A stretch of 64,000 nt of DNA from an uncultured cyanobacterium. GTDB lineage: Bacteria; Cyanobacteriota; Cyanobacteriia; CAKZMO01. Under the pieces are notes generated by a model that was given only the letters and a program-made list of their open reading frames with translations, was not told the DNA's origin and made no database searches. Both the position numbers and the translations under genes were made by a program. The stretch lies in NCBI GenBank assembly GCA_963719515.1, contig CAVRCJ010000006.1, positions 416,001-480,000 of the forward strand, read 5' to 3'. Shown one piece after another: positions 41,027-51,703 of the stretch. The first letter of the stretch is position 1. Every line of letters starts with the position of its first letter.

Positions 41027-41088
41027 TTAAAGCTGCTATTTGTAGGTAGAGTTGATAGACTATCCCGCCGACAGTGTTTATTTAAACT

Positions 41089-41412
41089 ATGGCCAATAGA
41101 ACCGTTTCCTTTCGGCTCCCCGAGACCCTAATTCGCGCGATTGAAGCAGAGGCAGAGCGCACGGGCCGTAGTAAAACTGAGGTGGTGATCGAAGCCCTGA
41201 CGCATCAAGATAGCCCCCTCGATGCCCTGCCCGCTATTACCAAGCCCAGAAGCCAGCTAGAGCGTCAAATCGACACCATCCGCTCTCAGGTTGAAGACAT
41301 CCACGGCACGTCCAATATCCACGTTGAGCAGCAGCTGGCCATTCTCATTAAAGCTGTTGAGGACGTTGCGTTGCGGGTTCAATCTATTGAATCACGGCTC
41401 AACTCGCCATAG
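41089..41412 (+). CDS. Ribbon-helix-helix (CopG-like) DNA-binding protein with coiled coil
   Basis: TVSFRLPETLIRAIEAEAERTGRSKTEVVIEAL. Confidence 0.8.
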   Translation: MANRTVSFRLPETLIRAIEAEAERTGRSKTEVVIEALTHQDSPLDALPAITKPRSQLERQIDTIRSQVEDIHGTSNIHVEQQLAILIKAVEDVALRVQSIESRLNSP

Positions 41413-41512
41413 CGTAGCGCTAGGCAGAAAGCCAAAGACACAGGCGATAGGGCACAAGCAGTGGATACAGGCGCAATAGGTATAGACGCAAACTACACCA
41501 GCGCAGTCCACT

Positions 41513-43396
41513 TCAGTCCCTTGCAGTTGCTGAAAGATAGTGCTGAAACCGCGATCGCAGGTCGGTAGCGTTCCCGGTCCAGTACTCCACTAGGGCTTGT
41601 CCAACCGCCCAGGCATTAGTCTGAGGTACACCGCTCATGTCGACCATTAGGGGCCAGAGGGTCATAAGTTCAAACCGCTGCTCGTCTTGACTCAGCAAAG
41701 AAAACAAATCGTAGGCCATTTGCAGCTTCCCCAGCACTAGGGGCAGTTGCTCTACGGGAATTTGCTGGGCTAGCACCTGAGCTAGGGTCGGCGATCCGGT
41801 GGACAGGGTGGCGAGGTAGCTAAGGATGGGGCTTTTGAGCAGGGCAGTGATGCCTTGGGTGGTGGTCATGCGATCGCTGTAGCGCTGAATAATCTCTGCC
41901 GCTGCCGCTGCCCGCGACTGGCGACTGCGCAGCGCCCGGGCCAGCCGCAGCCGCTTGGCCGGACTGGCGACGTTCAGCAGCACCTCGGAAAGGGCGTCAA
42001 GGTTCCACGGATCTCGCTCTACTCCCTGCGTCACCAAGGGAACAACCCGCTGGCACCGAGGCAGCTGCTCCTCTCGGTAGGCTACCGCCGCTCGAATGGA
42101 CTGCTCTTTGGGGCGATCGCCGCCTTGCCAGTCGTAGGGGGGCGACCACTCTCGCACGGGCCGCAGCCGGTCGACCTGCGTCACAAGCGCGATGACGGGG
42201 AGGTCAGCGATGGAGGCGGCCTCGGACGGGTCCAGCAGGGCGTCGTCTAGCATCTCTGCGAGCCGGTCAGCGTCCATCTGAAGGGCCGGATCGGTAGCGG
42301 GGGTGACGAGCAGCACAATGTCAGCGTCCCCCAGCCCAAAAGCGTCCTCGCGATCGACCTGTTCGTACCCCGGTGTATCCCACAGCTTCACGCTTTCTCC
42401 CGCGTCGGTTTGCCACCGATAGCTGCGAATCTCTTCGGTGTTAGGAAGTAAATCGACCTCGGCGCGCTCTACCCGGAATAGACTATTGATGACGCTGCTC
42501 TTGCCTGCTCCTGTGCGCCCAACGATCCAAATATTTAGCGGAGCCCGCTCCACCTGGTCAAGCGGCTTTGCCTCAGAGAGAATCTCCTGCAGCGTCGCTG
42601 ACTTCTGCTTGAGGGCCGGAGGCGGTACCGCTTCTACGAGAGGCATCTCGGCCCCACCTTCACGTCCGCCGTACAGGTTTGCGGCCTGTTGGGCCAAGTT
42701 ACGCAGCGCCACTTCCCGCAGCATCTGGCCCATATTTCCCAGCAGCTCCTGGTTGGCCCGCTCACTGTAGGGCTGGCTCGTCTGCCGGACCACGGCCGCT
42801 GCTGGATTGGTAACCCACTGCACCCAGCCCCACAGGCGGCGGAGCTGGCGGGCACTGGGTTCGAGCTTTTGATAGATGCGATAGCCCTGGTAGCCCTGAC
42901 CCACGGTAACCCGCCCTAAGACGGGAGAGAGCTGCTGCATCCAGCGGTCAACGTCGTCAACAGTGCCTCGAATCAGCCCGTAGGCTTGAGGGATATATAT
43001 GTTGAGTAGGGGGTACTTGGCAGTTGGGTGGTAGATTTGGGCGATCGCCACTACAAGCTCCTGGCACCGTTGCCAAAAGCGCTCCCAATCTTCCCACAGC
43101 GGCAGGTCGGCTTGGGCGGCCGCCAACACCTCTGTAAGCACATCCTGAATAGCTTGGGCTTCATCGGCGACTGGTGCCGTAATCTCGTTGGCCAAAGATG
43201 TTGTGGGTACCACCTTGGGCCGGGTCCACAACACCAAAAGCCATCGCCAGGCCACCAGTCCCAAAATAATAATGGCCCATATCCAGCTGATACCCCAGCG
43301 CTGAATTTGCCAGCCGGCGGCAAACAGCACAAATCCTACAACCAAGGCGATAGGCGCGATGAGCCCTGCCCATTGCCAGCGCGTTAGTTTTACCAT
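41513..43396 (-). CDS. Membrane-anchored GTPase family protein
   Basis: 2 N-terminal TMs; GRTGAGKSS, WDTPG, TQVD. Confidence 0.85.
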   Translation of the reverse strand: MVKLTRWQWAGLIAPIALVVGFVLFAAGWQIQRWGISWIWAIIILGLVAWRWLLVLWTRPKVVPTTSLANEITAPVADEAQAIQDVLTEVLAAAQADLPLWEDWERFWQRCQELVVAIAQIYHPTAKYPLLNIYIPQAYGLIRGTVDDVDRWMQQLSPVLGRVTVGQGYQGYRIYQKLEPSARQLRRLWGWVQWVTNPAAAVVRQTSQPYSERANQELLGNMGQMLREVALRNLAQQAANLYGGREGGAEMPLVEAVPPPALKQKSATLQEILSEAKPLDQVERAPLNIWIVGRTGAGKSSVINSLFRVERAEVDLLPNTEEIRSYRWQTDAGESVKLWDTPGYEQVDREDAFGLGDADIVLLVTPATDPALQMDADRLAEMLDDALLDPSEAASIADLPVIALVTQVDRLRPVREWSPPYDWQGGDRPKEQSIRAAVAYREEQLPRCQRVVPLVTQGVERDPWNLDALSEVLLNVASPAKRLRLARALRSRQSRAAAAAEIIQRYSDRMTTTQGITALLKSPILSYLATLSTGSPTLAQVLAQQIPVEQLPLVLGKLQMAYDLFSLLSQDEQRFELMTLWPLMVDMSGVPQTNAWAVGQALVEYWTGNATDLRSRFQHYLSATARD

Positions 43397-43463
43397 GACG
43401 CTACCGTGATCCTCTGCGGAGATCTCTGGGGACAGTTTAGCGCCTTGGTAACAATGCCGTCTG

Positions 43464-44111
43464 TTACATCAAGTCCTCCTCCAAAATTAAGCTGGGCAGT
43501 AGAGCTGAATGCGGGGTAACCGAACAGACGACAGAATTCCAAAAGCCAGGCAGACCGCCCACTAGCCTCAAATAGGGATCGCCGTAGCCCTCGTCCTGGA
43601 GCAGCCGAAACAGCGCATTGACCGAGAACGCTTTTGGTGCCAAACCGCAAGGGCCTGTGGATGGCCCCATTCCCAGGCTCTTTTGTAAGACCGTGACAAA
43701 GCTAGCTTGGTACGGGGCCACAATAATGAGCCGACCCTGGCGCTTGAGCTGCAGCCTGAGCTGATCTAACAGCGTCTGCGTTAGGGCAAACTGTGGGTCA
43801 ACAAGGAGAACGATGGCGTCAAATTCCGCCTGTTCAGCGGCCGGCAGCGACTGGACCTGAACGAGGGTCTCGCGGGTTTTGTATGTAAATCGACAGCTGA
43901 GCGGTTTGAAGAGGCGGTCGGCAATCAGTCCGGGAATCAAATCACTGTCTTGACCAAGGCACAAGACCTTAGGTCGAGCGCCGCTGGTTAAATGCTCAAT
44001 TGGGCCAATTAGCGCCTGAAGAGCGGTAATTAAGGACGTGTTGAATAAGAAGCTAGGCTGCTGAGTACGGGGTTTGGTTCGAGCTGAAACTGGTGTGAGC
44101 TGGCTGATCAT
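43464..44111 (-). CDS. Methyltransferase-fold protein, degenerate motifs
   Basis: KVLCLG, FDAIVL, LKRQGRLIIVAP resemble class I MTase motifs without the Gly-rich loop. Confidence 0.5.
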   Translation of the reverse strand: MISQLTPVSARTKPRTQQPSFLFNTSLITALQALIGPIEHLTSGARPKVLCLGQDSDLIPGLIADRLFKPLSCRFTYKTRETLVQVQSLPAAEQAEFDAIVLLVDPQFALTQTLLDQLRLQLKRQGRLIIVAPYQASFVTVLQKSLGMGPSTGPCGLAPKAFSVNALFRLLQDEGYGDPYLRLVGGLPGFWNSVVCSVTPHSALLPSLILEEDLM

Positions 44112-44404
44112 GTTGTCGTCCTTTAAAACTTTGGAAACTGAGAAGATTAACGGCAGGAGAGCTGCATTGACTGACGCTCAGCGGGGCGTAGCGCCATGCA
44201 AAAGCCCGCCCAACTGATAAACCTAGCTGGTACTGAAAGTCAGTAAGACCAAGGAGACAGGCTTGGCGTGCGGTCTGAGAAATTTATCTTTAGAGATAAG
44301 TTAATAGTATTCGAGGCTGAGAAGGCTTGGCCTAAGTTGTTCCTTCCCTAAATGATTTCTTTAAGGAAAACGTACCAACAATGAAGATCTACGGCGGCAA
44401 AATG

Positions 44405-45121
44405 CTAAAGCAGGAACTTTCCTAGTCCAATTCCTATCGCCGTCAGCGTCAGATTGTCGATATCTTTAAACGGCAGCGCTTCTACTAACGTTGCCGCTAA
44501 GGCGATCGCCCCCACCTTGAGCGCCGACTCCCCCGTCAGCGGAAACGCAAAGTACCCCAGGGCGTCAAACCACCCCAGCATTGCCAGGCTAAAGGTGAAG
44601 CTACCCAAGAACATTGCCCCAGAGCCCACCCAGCTTTTTTGAGGGCTGAACGGCAGCTTATGTTTGCCCCACCGCCGTCCTACAATGTCGGCCAGACCGT
44701 CCCCGCCACACAAAATCATCAGCGCCAAAATTCCCACCGGAGAAGACCGCCAAAACGCTAGGGTACAGACCACAAAAGAAAGCCCGTAGTACAGCGGCCC
44801 CCGCAAAATCTCTCGCGGCTCGCCGTGGCGGGTCATGGCGGCAACAGCGGCCTTGTCCTCTACCCAGCCAAACCCTACTGCTGCAAACTGCAGGGCGATC
44901 GCCAGGGGAATCAAAGCGGCCCACCAGCGAGCGGCGGCGGTTTCGGCGAACAGCGGCCAGCACAAGATAAACAGCGGCCCGGTGCCGGTGTGGATGATCT
45001 TGCGGCTGAGGGTTTGGGGCACTAGGCCTCGGTGGGCCAGGGTGTCCATGACGCGCAGCCATCCCACCGCTAGCCCCAACACAACGAGAGTTACTAGGCC
45101 ATTGCGCAACTCGCTATTCAC
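44405..45121 (-). CDS. Phytol/polyprenol kinase family (CTP-dependent)
   Basis: SRKIIH, GPLYY, GGDGLADIVGRRWG, KSWVGS, DNL. Confidence 0.85.
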   Translation of the reverse strand: MNSELRNGLVTLVVLGLAVGWLRVMDTLAHRGLVPQTLSRKIIHTGTGPLFILCWPLFAETAAARWWAALIPLAIALQFAAVGFGWVEDKAAVAAMTRHGEPREILRGPLYYGLSFVVCTLAFWRSSPVGILALMILCGGDGLADIVGRRWGKHKLPFSPQKSWVGSGAMFLGSFTFSLAMLGWFDALGYFAFPLTGESALKVGAIALAATLVEALPFKDIDNLTLTAIGIGLGKFLL

Positions 45122-45126
45122 TGGGG

Positions 45127-48018
45127 CTACTCGCTGGCTGCGCCATCACCAGGCGCATCAGTCCCGCCCGCTGAGGACTGCAGCCGCTCTAGCCGCTGTC
45201 TCAGCTCCTGCTGGTAGCGACCATATTCCGCCCAGTCGCCGGCCCGTAGGGCATTCTGAGCGTTTTCGTAGGCCTCGATAGCGGCCTGAACGTCACTTAC
45301 CGAGGGCGTAGCTACTGAGGGCGTAACGCCTGTCTCGGGGCGGGGTGCGGCAGCCGTCGCTGGTTCTGCAGGGGCTGTGGTGGGAGGCGCGGGCTGGGGC
45401 GCTCCAGTATCAGGGCTAGACCCGTCAGCACCGGCCAGGACGCCCTCCCCGAAGATGGTCTGCAGCGCCTCTTCTAAGGACGGCTCCATCACCGTCTGGT
45501 TGCCGTAGGCCACAATCACCCGCCGCAGCTCCGGCAGTTCGCCCTGCTCAGCCCGCAGATAAATCGGCTCGACGTACAGCAGCGATTGATCGATGGGAAT
45601 AACCAACAGATCGCCGCGAATTACCCGTGAGCCTTCCTGGCTCCACAGAGTTAGCTGCTGAGAGATCTCGGGGTTCTGGTCGATGCGGGCCTCGATTTGG
45701 CTGGGGCCATAGATCAGCTCCTGCTTAGGAAACTCGTACAGCAGCACATTGCCGTACTGGTCGCCGTCCGAGCGGGCCGCCATCCAGGCAATCATGTTGT
45801 CCTTATTGACGGGGGTGAACGGCAGAATCAAAATAAACTCGTCCTCCTCTGATTCCGGCAGGCGCATGTTGACGTAGTAAGGCTGCATCACCTGCTGACC
45901 TTCCCCGTCTTGCTCCAGCGGAAAGCGCCACAGGTCTTCCCTGTTGTAAAATTCCTCCGAGTCGACCATGTGGTAGGACAAGTACATCTGGGCCTGAATC
46001 TTGAACAGGTCCACCGGGTAGCGGAAGTGGGCTCGAATATCAGGGGGAATGTCGCCCGACTCGAACAGGGTCGGAAAGATATTTTGGTAGGTGGCCAGCA
46101 CCGGGTCGGTGGCGTCCACAACTAAAAACCGCATGGTGCCGTCATAGGCGTCGATCACTACTTTCACCGAGTTGCGCAGGTAGTTGACCCCACCGCGAAG
46201 AATCTGCTGCACGTTGCCCTCGCGGAAGACCGCTCCCGCCTCAGCGCTCTGGCGCACGGGCTGGGCGTAGGGAAAGCGATCGCTCACGGTGTAGGCGTCC
46301 AGAATCCACTGTAGTCGCCCATCAATGAGCGTGATGTACGGATCGTCGTCGAAGCGCAGGAAGGGGGCCACCTGCTTCACCCGCTCTAAAATTGGGCGGT
46401 GATAGTGGATGCGGGAGTCGGGGGTGAAGTAGTTAGAGATCAAGATCTTGATGCTGCCCAAATCGTAGGCGTAGGCCAACTTGTGCAGCAGCGAGGGCAT
46501 GGGCACCCCGCCGGCCCCGTCGTAGTTAGTGAGGGCATTTTTGTCGGCGCGGGGGTAGTCAAACTCCTGGGTGGTGGTGCCGGTAAACACATAGGTGTCC
46601 GTTGCCTCGCCGTAGTAGATACCGGGCTGGGTGACCTCGCGGTCGATGGTGGAGACAGGGGGGATGTCTTGAATGTAGAACTCCGGTAGGCCGTTGTCCG
46701 TCACCCGGTTCACCGGGCTCATGGCCACGCCGTAGCCGTGGGTATATTTGAGCCGCTGATTAACCCAGGTTTGAGCGGCGGCGGGCACTTCGCTGTAGTC
46801 CAGCTCTCGGGGCGCGATCATCACCTGCTGGTCGTTGCCGTTTAGGGTGTAGCGATCGACGTCGACATCCGGAAAGCTGTAGTAGGGCCGAATTTCCTGC
46901 AGCTGCCGGTAGGTGCTCAGCAGCGGGCGGTAGTCCCACAGACGAATATTTTTGATGGTGGCCGAGTTGCGATCGATGTCGGCGGCGCTCAGGTTTGCCT
47001 CTGCCGGATAGTCCCGACTTTCAATGGGGGTCAGTCCGTAGGCGGCGCGGGTGAATTCGATGTTGTGCTTGATATAGGGCGTTTCCTTTACCAGCTCGTT
47101 GGGCTCGACGATGAACGATTGCTGAAACCAGGGGTAGAGGCCGCCCACTACAACCAGCACACCGACGTAAACCGCAGTACCCACGATGGGAAGCATGACC
47201 GTCTGCTGCCACAGGGATAGCAGCAGCAGGCCCGCCAGCACCAGGGTGGCCGCCGCCATGATCCAGTAAGACTGCAGCCGCGCGTTCACATCCGTAAATC
47301 CGGGGCCGAACACCACGCCCTCCGAGGAATAGAGCAGGTCGTAGCGCTCTAGCCAAAAGCCAAAGGCGGAGAGTAGCGCAATGCCCATCAGCAATAGTCC
47401 GAGGTGAGCTCTTGCCCCCCCAACCACCACGTTGCGCCAGCCGCGGCCGGGGGTGATTTCTCCCTTGAAGCCATACACTAACGTCGCCGCCAGCAATCCC
47501 CACACCAGCAGGCTCAAGAGCCAGTCTCGCGCGAGCTGGAGCACCGGGAGCCGAAAGACGTAGAAGCCGACGTCCTGGCCGTAAATCGGGTCGGTGAGGT
47601 CGAACGACGTGGCGTTGAAAAACTTGAGCAGCGTCTCCCACTCGCCCACGGTTGAGCCCACAGAGATGAGGGCGATCGCCACCGCTAACGCTAGCGCAAT
47701 CAGCCCTGGCAAAGACTGGGGAATAGTCTGCCAGCGCCCCCCTTCAACCAAAACCCGAAAGATGCGGTGGCGGGTCAGCCGCATTGCTAACCAGTAGTTG
47801 CCCAGGATAAACAATCCATAGACCAGCGCCGTGACGATGCCGATGCCCCACTGCCAGGCCAGCCGAGTTTGAAATACGGGGCTAAAGCCTACAGCGTCAA
47901 ACCACCAGTATTCTGTGACGAGGTGGACTAGGCCACCCAACATCGAGAGCAGGGCGATCGCAGCGAACAGCAGCAGGGGGAGCAGACGAGTCGAGGACGA
48001 TTTCAGCTGGGGGGTCAT
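45127..48018 (-). CDS. UPF0182 family membrane protein
   Basis: EYWWFDAVG, DVGFYVFRLP, NIRLWD, YTHGYG, NYLRNSVK, FYNREDLW. Confidence 0.93.
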   Translation of the reverse strand: MTPQLKSSSTRLLPLLLFAAIALLSMLGGLVHLVTEYWWFDAVGFSPVFQTRLAWQWGIGIVTALVYGLFILGNYWLAMRLTRHRIFRVLVEGGRWQTIPQSLPGLIALALAVAIALISVGSTVGEWETLLKFFNATSFDLTDPIYGQDVGFYVFRLPVLQLARDWLLSLLVWGLLAATLVYGFKGEITPGRGWRNVVVGGARAHLGLLLMGIALLSAFGFWLERYDLLYSSEGVVFGPGFTDVNARLQSYWIMAAATLVLAGLLLLSLWQQTVMLPIVGTAVYVGVLVVVGGLYPWFQQSFIVEPNELVKETPYIKHNIEFTRAAYGLTPIESRDYPAEANLSAADIDRNSATIKNIRLWDYRPLLSTYRQLQEIRPYYSFPDVDVDRYTLNGNDQQVMIAPRELDYSEVPAAAQTWVNQRLKYTHGYGVAMSPVNRVTDNGLPEFYIQDIPPVSTIDREVTQPGIYYGEATDTYVFTGTTTQEFDYPRADKNALTNYDGAGGVPMPSLLHKLAYAYDLGSIKILISNYFTPDSRIHYHRPILERVKQVAPFLRFDDDPYITLIDGRLQWILDAYTVSDRFPYAQPVRQSAEAGAVFREGNVQQILRGGVNYLRNSVKVVIDAYDGTMRFLVVDATDPVLATYQNIFPTLFESGDIPPDIRAHFRYPVDLFKIQAQMYLSYHMVDSEEFYNREDLWRFPLEQDGEGQQVMQPYYVNMRLPESEEDEFILILPFTPVNKDNMIAWMAARSDGDQYGNVLLYEFPKQELIYGPSQIEARIDQNPEISQQLTLWSQEGSRVIRGDLLVIPIDQSLLYVEPIYLRAEQGELPELRRVIVAYGNQTVMEPSLEEALQTIFGEGVLAGADGSSPDTGAPQPAPPTTAPAEPATAAAPRPETGVTPSVATPSVSDVQAAIEAYENAQNALRAGDWAEYGRYQQELRQRLERLQSSAGGTDAPGDGAASE

Positions 48019-48429
48019 AGCGCTCGTGACGAGTTTTTGGGGCTGGATTGGGGTACGCCATACTTTGGGGCACTGGGATTTAGCGCCTTAGAGCTTGGCG
48101 GCCTAAATTTCGGGATACCGCTCCACGCTTGTGGGTTCTCCGAACTTCACTCAGATTAAAAAGCGCGGTAGGGTTGTACCTATAGCGATAACGGCAGATG
48201 CCAATCGATACAGTCTGTCCGTTTAGTGCTAGATACGGTCTGACCATGTCACTCCGGCGCAGCAGATGTGGAGATGACGCTGCGATTTCATTTTCAGTTG
48301 ACGGCCTGGGTGGTTCGCTCTAAGGAGTTTCACTTCGTTGTCTATTCTGAACCTTCATTCAGTGTATCGTGCCACGTCAATCGACTTTCAGAACCGCTCA
48401 CTTTCACTTAGCAAGAGGTAAATTTCTCA

Positions 48430-48672
48430 ATGACGACCCCTACCGTAGACCCCATCACCAATAATCAAAATGAGCTGCATGCCGCGATCGCCACGGCTCG
48501 TGATGCCTGCCAGACCAACGCTGATTCCCCTGAGTGCGCTGTCGCTTGGGACACTGTGGAAGAGCTTCAGGCTGAGCTTGCTCATCGGCGTCAGGCTAGG
48601 CCTAAGAGCAGTCTAGACACCTACTGCGACGAGAACCCCAGCGCGCTGGAGTGCCGCGTCTACGACGATTAG
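48430..48672 (+). CDS. cp12: Calvin cycle regulator CP12
   Basis: CAVAWDTVEEL and YCDENPSALECRVYDD, both Cys pairs. Confidence 0.95.
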   Translation: MTTPTVDPITNNQNELHAAIATARDACQTNADSPECAVAWDTVEELQAELAHRRQARPKSSLDTYCDENPSALECRVYDD

Positions 48673-48705
48673 AAAAGGGCGCTAACGCGCCGCTTTCTAG
48701 ACATA

Positions 48706-48736
48706 AGGTCCCCCTGTAGAGGGGGAGCCTCTCTTT
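48706..48736. terminator. Hairpin between convergent genes
   Basis: TCCCCCT-GTAG-AGGGGGA stem followed by T-rich run. Confidence 0.5.
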
Positions 48737-48787
48737 GGGCCTCAGGCCTAACCATCGGTTTTCTTTTGCTGAGCTGGGCTACAAGCC

Positions 48788-49384
48788 TCAATAGCACTGC
48801 GCGAGCTGGTCGTAAAAATCGTATTCTCCTACCCAAACGAGGGCGAGCAGCCGCAGCCCTTGCTCTGAAACAAATATTGTGGCGTCTTCAACGCAGTAGT
48901 CAGACTCACTTCCTCCCGCGGCCATGATCAAATCGCTAATCCACGCGCTGCAAGGCTCTGCAATATGAGAATTTTGCAGTAGATAGCACACCCGGGCTTG
49001 GTCCCCCCAGCTTAGACGTAGCTTTAGCTGACTGTAGATGCAGATGCCGGTGCGCTCTTCGACACCGCCAAGCATTTCCTGCAGGTACCAGGCGGCTTGC
49101 CCTTCACTGAGCTGGTCGAGGCGATGTGCGATGCGCGATAGGAGGCGTTCAGTAAAGTCAACGCCCAGGCAGCGATGCACCGCCTCGACAGCACTCTGGG
49201 GCTTACTGCTGCTGAGCGTCTCGACGTAGGGACGGGCGCCCGGAAACTGCTGCTTTAGGAGGGCGTATCCGCGCTCGCTTAGCTGTAAACTATCGCTATT
49301 GCCCCCAACCGAAACGTCTAGCCCAGGAACGGCTCCAGCCCTGACTAAGGTTACGAATAGGGTAGCAGCACTAGGATTTTTCAT
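48788..49384 (-). CDS. Hypothetical protein
   Basis: 198-aa ORF with ATG filling the gap between cp12 and ftsH; no motif recognised. Confidence 0.6.
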   Translation of the reverse strand: MKNPSAATLFVTLVRAGAVPGLDVSVGGNSDSLQLSERGYALLKQQFPGARPYVETLSSSKPQSAVEAVHRCLGVDFTERLLSRIAHRLDQLSEGQAAWYLQEMLGGVEERTGICIYSQLKLRLSWGDQARVCYLLQNSHIAEPCSAWISDLIMAAGGSESDYCVEDATIFVSEQGLRLLALVWVGEYDFYDQLAQCY

Positions 49385-49535
49385 AGCATAGGCTCTTCAG
49401 AGGCATCGTCATTCTTGTTAAAAGTTAACATCCTCGTTTTCCTAGCGCGTCACTACAAGGTAAGAGATGTGATGAGAGATGGGGCTATGGCAACGCCGCT
49501 GCGCCACGCGAATTTGCGCCATTTCTGCTAATCGG

Positions 49536-49553
49536 GTTAAATTTAGTTAAGAT
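49536..49553 (+). promoter_or_regulatory. HLR1-like (RpaB) direct repeat upstream of ftsH2
   Basis: GTTAAATT-ta-GTTAAGAT, imperfect 8-2-8 direct repeat. Confidence 0.35.
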
Positions 49554-49669
49554 TTTCTAAGGTAGACGTATTGACTCCGTGAGGTGGCGATCGCGAGCTT
49601 ACAGCCGCAGTGAGCCAGATTCTTCGCAGGGGAGGCCGTCCGCCGTCGCACTAAGAGGCTGTTACAACA

Positions 49670-51556
49670 ATGAAATTTTCCTGGAGAACGGTTATCCTCT
49701 GGGCATTGCCGATCTTGATCATCGGCTTCTTTATCTGGCAGAGCGCGTTTGCAGCGGGTTCGCCGGATACAGGACGTAATGCTGCTAACACCCGCATGAC
49801 CTATGGCCGGTTCCTAGATCGCCTAGATGCGGGTCAAATTTCTAGCGTCGACTTCTACGATTACGGTCGGACCGCGATCGTCGACGTCGTAGATTCTAAC
49901 TTGGGCACCGGCGTCACGCGCTCTCGCGTTGACCTACCCGGCAATGCCCCAGAGCTGGTCTCCAGGCTAAAGAATGAAGGGATTAGCTTTGACACCCACG
50001 CCCCCCGCAACGATGGGGCAATCTGGGGTTTCCTAGGTAACCTGATTTTCCCACTCCTGCTGATTGGTGGCCTGTTCTTGCTGTTCCGTCGCTCCGGCAA
50101 CGTCGGCGGTGGTCCTGGGCAAGCCATGAACTTTGGCAAGTCGAAAGCCCGCTTCCAAATGGAGGCCAAAACCGGCGTCAAGTTTGACGATGTGGCCGGT
50201 ATTGACGAGGCCAAAGAAGAGCTGCAAGAGGTGGTTACCTTCTTGAAGAAGCCCGAGCGCTTCACTGCTGTCGGCGCCCGCATCCCTAAAGGTGTACTGC
50301 TGGTGGGTCCGCCGGGAACGGGTAAAACCCTACTGGCTAAAGCGATCGCTGGCGAAGCCGGGGTGCCTTTCTTCTCCATCTCCGGCTCTGAGTTTGTAGA
50401 AATGTTCGTCGGTGTAGGAGCCTCCCGCGTTCGCGATTTGTTTAAGAAAGCGAAAGAGAATGCCCCCTGCATCATCTTTATCGACGAGATTGACGCCGTA
50501 GGTCGCCAGCGGGGCGCGGGCATCGGCGGTGGCAATGACGAGCGCGAGCAAACCCTTAACCAGCTGCTCACCGAGATGGACGGTTTTGAAGGCAACACCG
50601 GCATCATCATCATCGCGGCCACCAACCGAGCCGACGTTCTAGACTCAGCGCTGCTGCGTCCCGGTCGCTTTGACCGTCAGGTGAGCGTTGACCCGCCCGA
50701 TATCAAAGGCCGCCTAGAGGTTCTAGAAGTCCACGCCCGCGATAAAAAGCTGGGCAAGGATATTTCTCTCGACACCATCGCCCGCCGCACCCCCGGATTC
50801 ACGGGAGCTGATTTGGCCAACTTGCTCAACGAAGCGGCCATTCTCACCGCCCGTCGCCGGAAGGAAGCCATCACCATGGCGGAAATCAACGACGCCGTGG
50901 ACCGCGTGGTAGCGGGTATGGAAGGCACGCCGCTGATTGACAGCAAGAGCAAGCGCCTGATTGCCTACCACGAGATCGGTCACGCCATTATTGGCACCCT
51001 AGTCAAGGGCCACGACCCCGTCCAAAAGGTAACCCTTGTGCCTCGGGGTCAGGCCCGTGGTTTGACCTGGTTTACCCCCAACGAAGAGCAGTCGCTGATT
51101 TCGCGATCGCAGCTGCTAGCCCGCATCACGGGTGCGCTGGGGGGACGGGCCGCTGAGCAGGTGGTCTTTGGCGACTCTGAGGTGACCACTGGCGCAGGCA
51201 ACGACCTGCAGCAGGTAACCGGCATGGCCCGTCAGATGGTCACGCGGTTTGGCATGTCAAACTTGGGGCCGCTGTCCTTAGAAGGTCAGCAGAGCGAGGT
51301 GTTCCTGGGCAACAACTTGATGACCCGCTCTGAGTACTCTGAGGAGATTGCCGCTCGCATCGACGCGCAGGTGCGCAGCATTGTTGAGCACTGCTATGAG
51401 GATTCTTGCCACATCATTGAGGACAATCGGGTGGTCATCGATCGTCTGGTGGACTTGCTGATTGAGAAAGAGACCATCGATGGCGATGAGTTTCGTCAAA
51501 TTGTGGCTGAGTATGCCGATATTCCTGAGAAGGAGCAGTTTGTGCCCCAACTGTAG
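49670..51556 (+). CDS. ftsH2: ATP-dependent zinc metalloprotease FtsH2
   Basis: [28 protein letters not shown] and C-terminal [11 protein letters not shown] typical of the FtsH2 clade. Confidence 0.93.
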   Translation: MKFSWRTVILWALPILIIGFFIWQSAFAAGSPDTGRNAANTRMTYGRFLDRLDAGQISSVDFYDYGRTAIVDVVDSNLGTGVTRSRVDLPGNAPELVSRLKNEGISFDTHAPRNDGAIWGFLGNLIFPLLLIGGLFLLFRRSGNVGGGPGQAMNFGKSKARFQMEAKTGVKFDDVAGIDEAKEELQEVVTFLKKPERFTAVGARIPKGVLLVGPPGTGKTLLAKAIAGEAGVPFFSISGSEFVEMFVGVGASRVRDLFKKAKENAPCIIFIDEIDAVGRQRGAGIGGGNDEREQTLNQLLTEMDGFEGNTGIIIIAATNRADVLDSALLRPGRFDRQVSVDPPDIKGRLEVLEVHARDKKLGKDISLDTIARRTPGFTGADLANLLNEAAILTARRRKEAITMAEINDAVDRVVAGMEGTPLIDSKSKRLIAYHEIGHAIIGTLVKGHDPVQKVTLVPRGQARGLTWFTPNEEQSLISRSQLLARITGALGGRAAEQVVFGDSEVTTGAGNDLQQVTGMARQMVTRFGMSNLGPLSLEGQQSEVFLGNNLMTRSEYSEEIAARIDAQVRSIVEHCYEDSCHIIEDNRVVIDRLVDLLIEKETIDGDEFRQIVAEYADIPEKEQFVPQL

Positions 51557-51612
51557 GGCCTCAAGCCTAAAAGCTTGAGCTGCATGTCGAGTCACTCATG
51601 AGTGACTCAGTA

Positions 51613-51640
51613 GGGATGTGACGACGTCACATCCCTTTTT
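51613..51640 (+). terminator. Rho-independent terminator of ftsH2
   Basis: GGGATGTGAC-GAC-GTCACATCCC-TTTTT. Confidence 0.85.
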
Positions 51641-51661
51641 GCGGTGTAGACGTTTCGCCAA

Positions 51662-51703
51662 CACAGCGCTTCTGGCACAGCGCTTTTGGCACAGCGCTCT
51701 TGT
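51662..51703. repeat. 14-bp tandem repeat x3 (CACAGCGCTTyTGG)
   Basis: Units at 51662, 51676, 51690. Confidence 0.8.
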
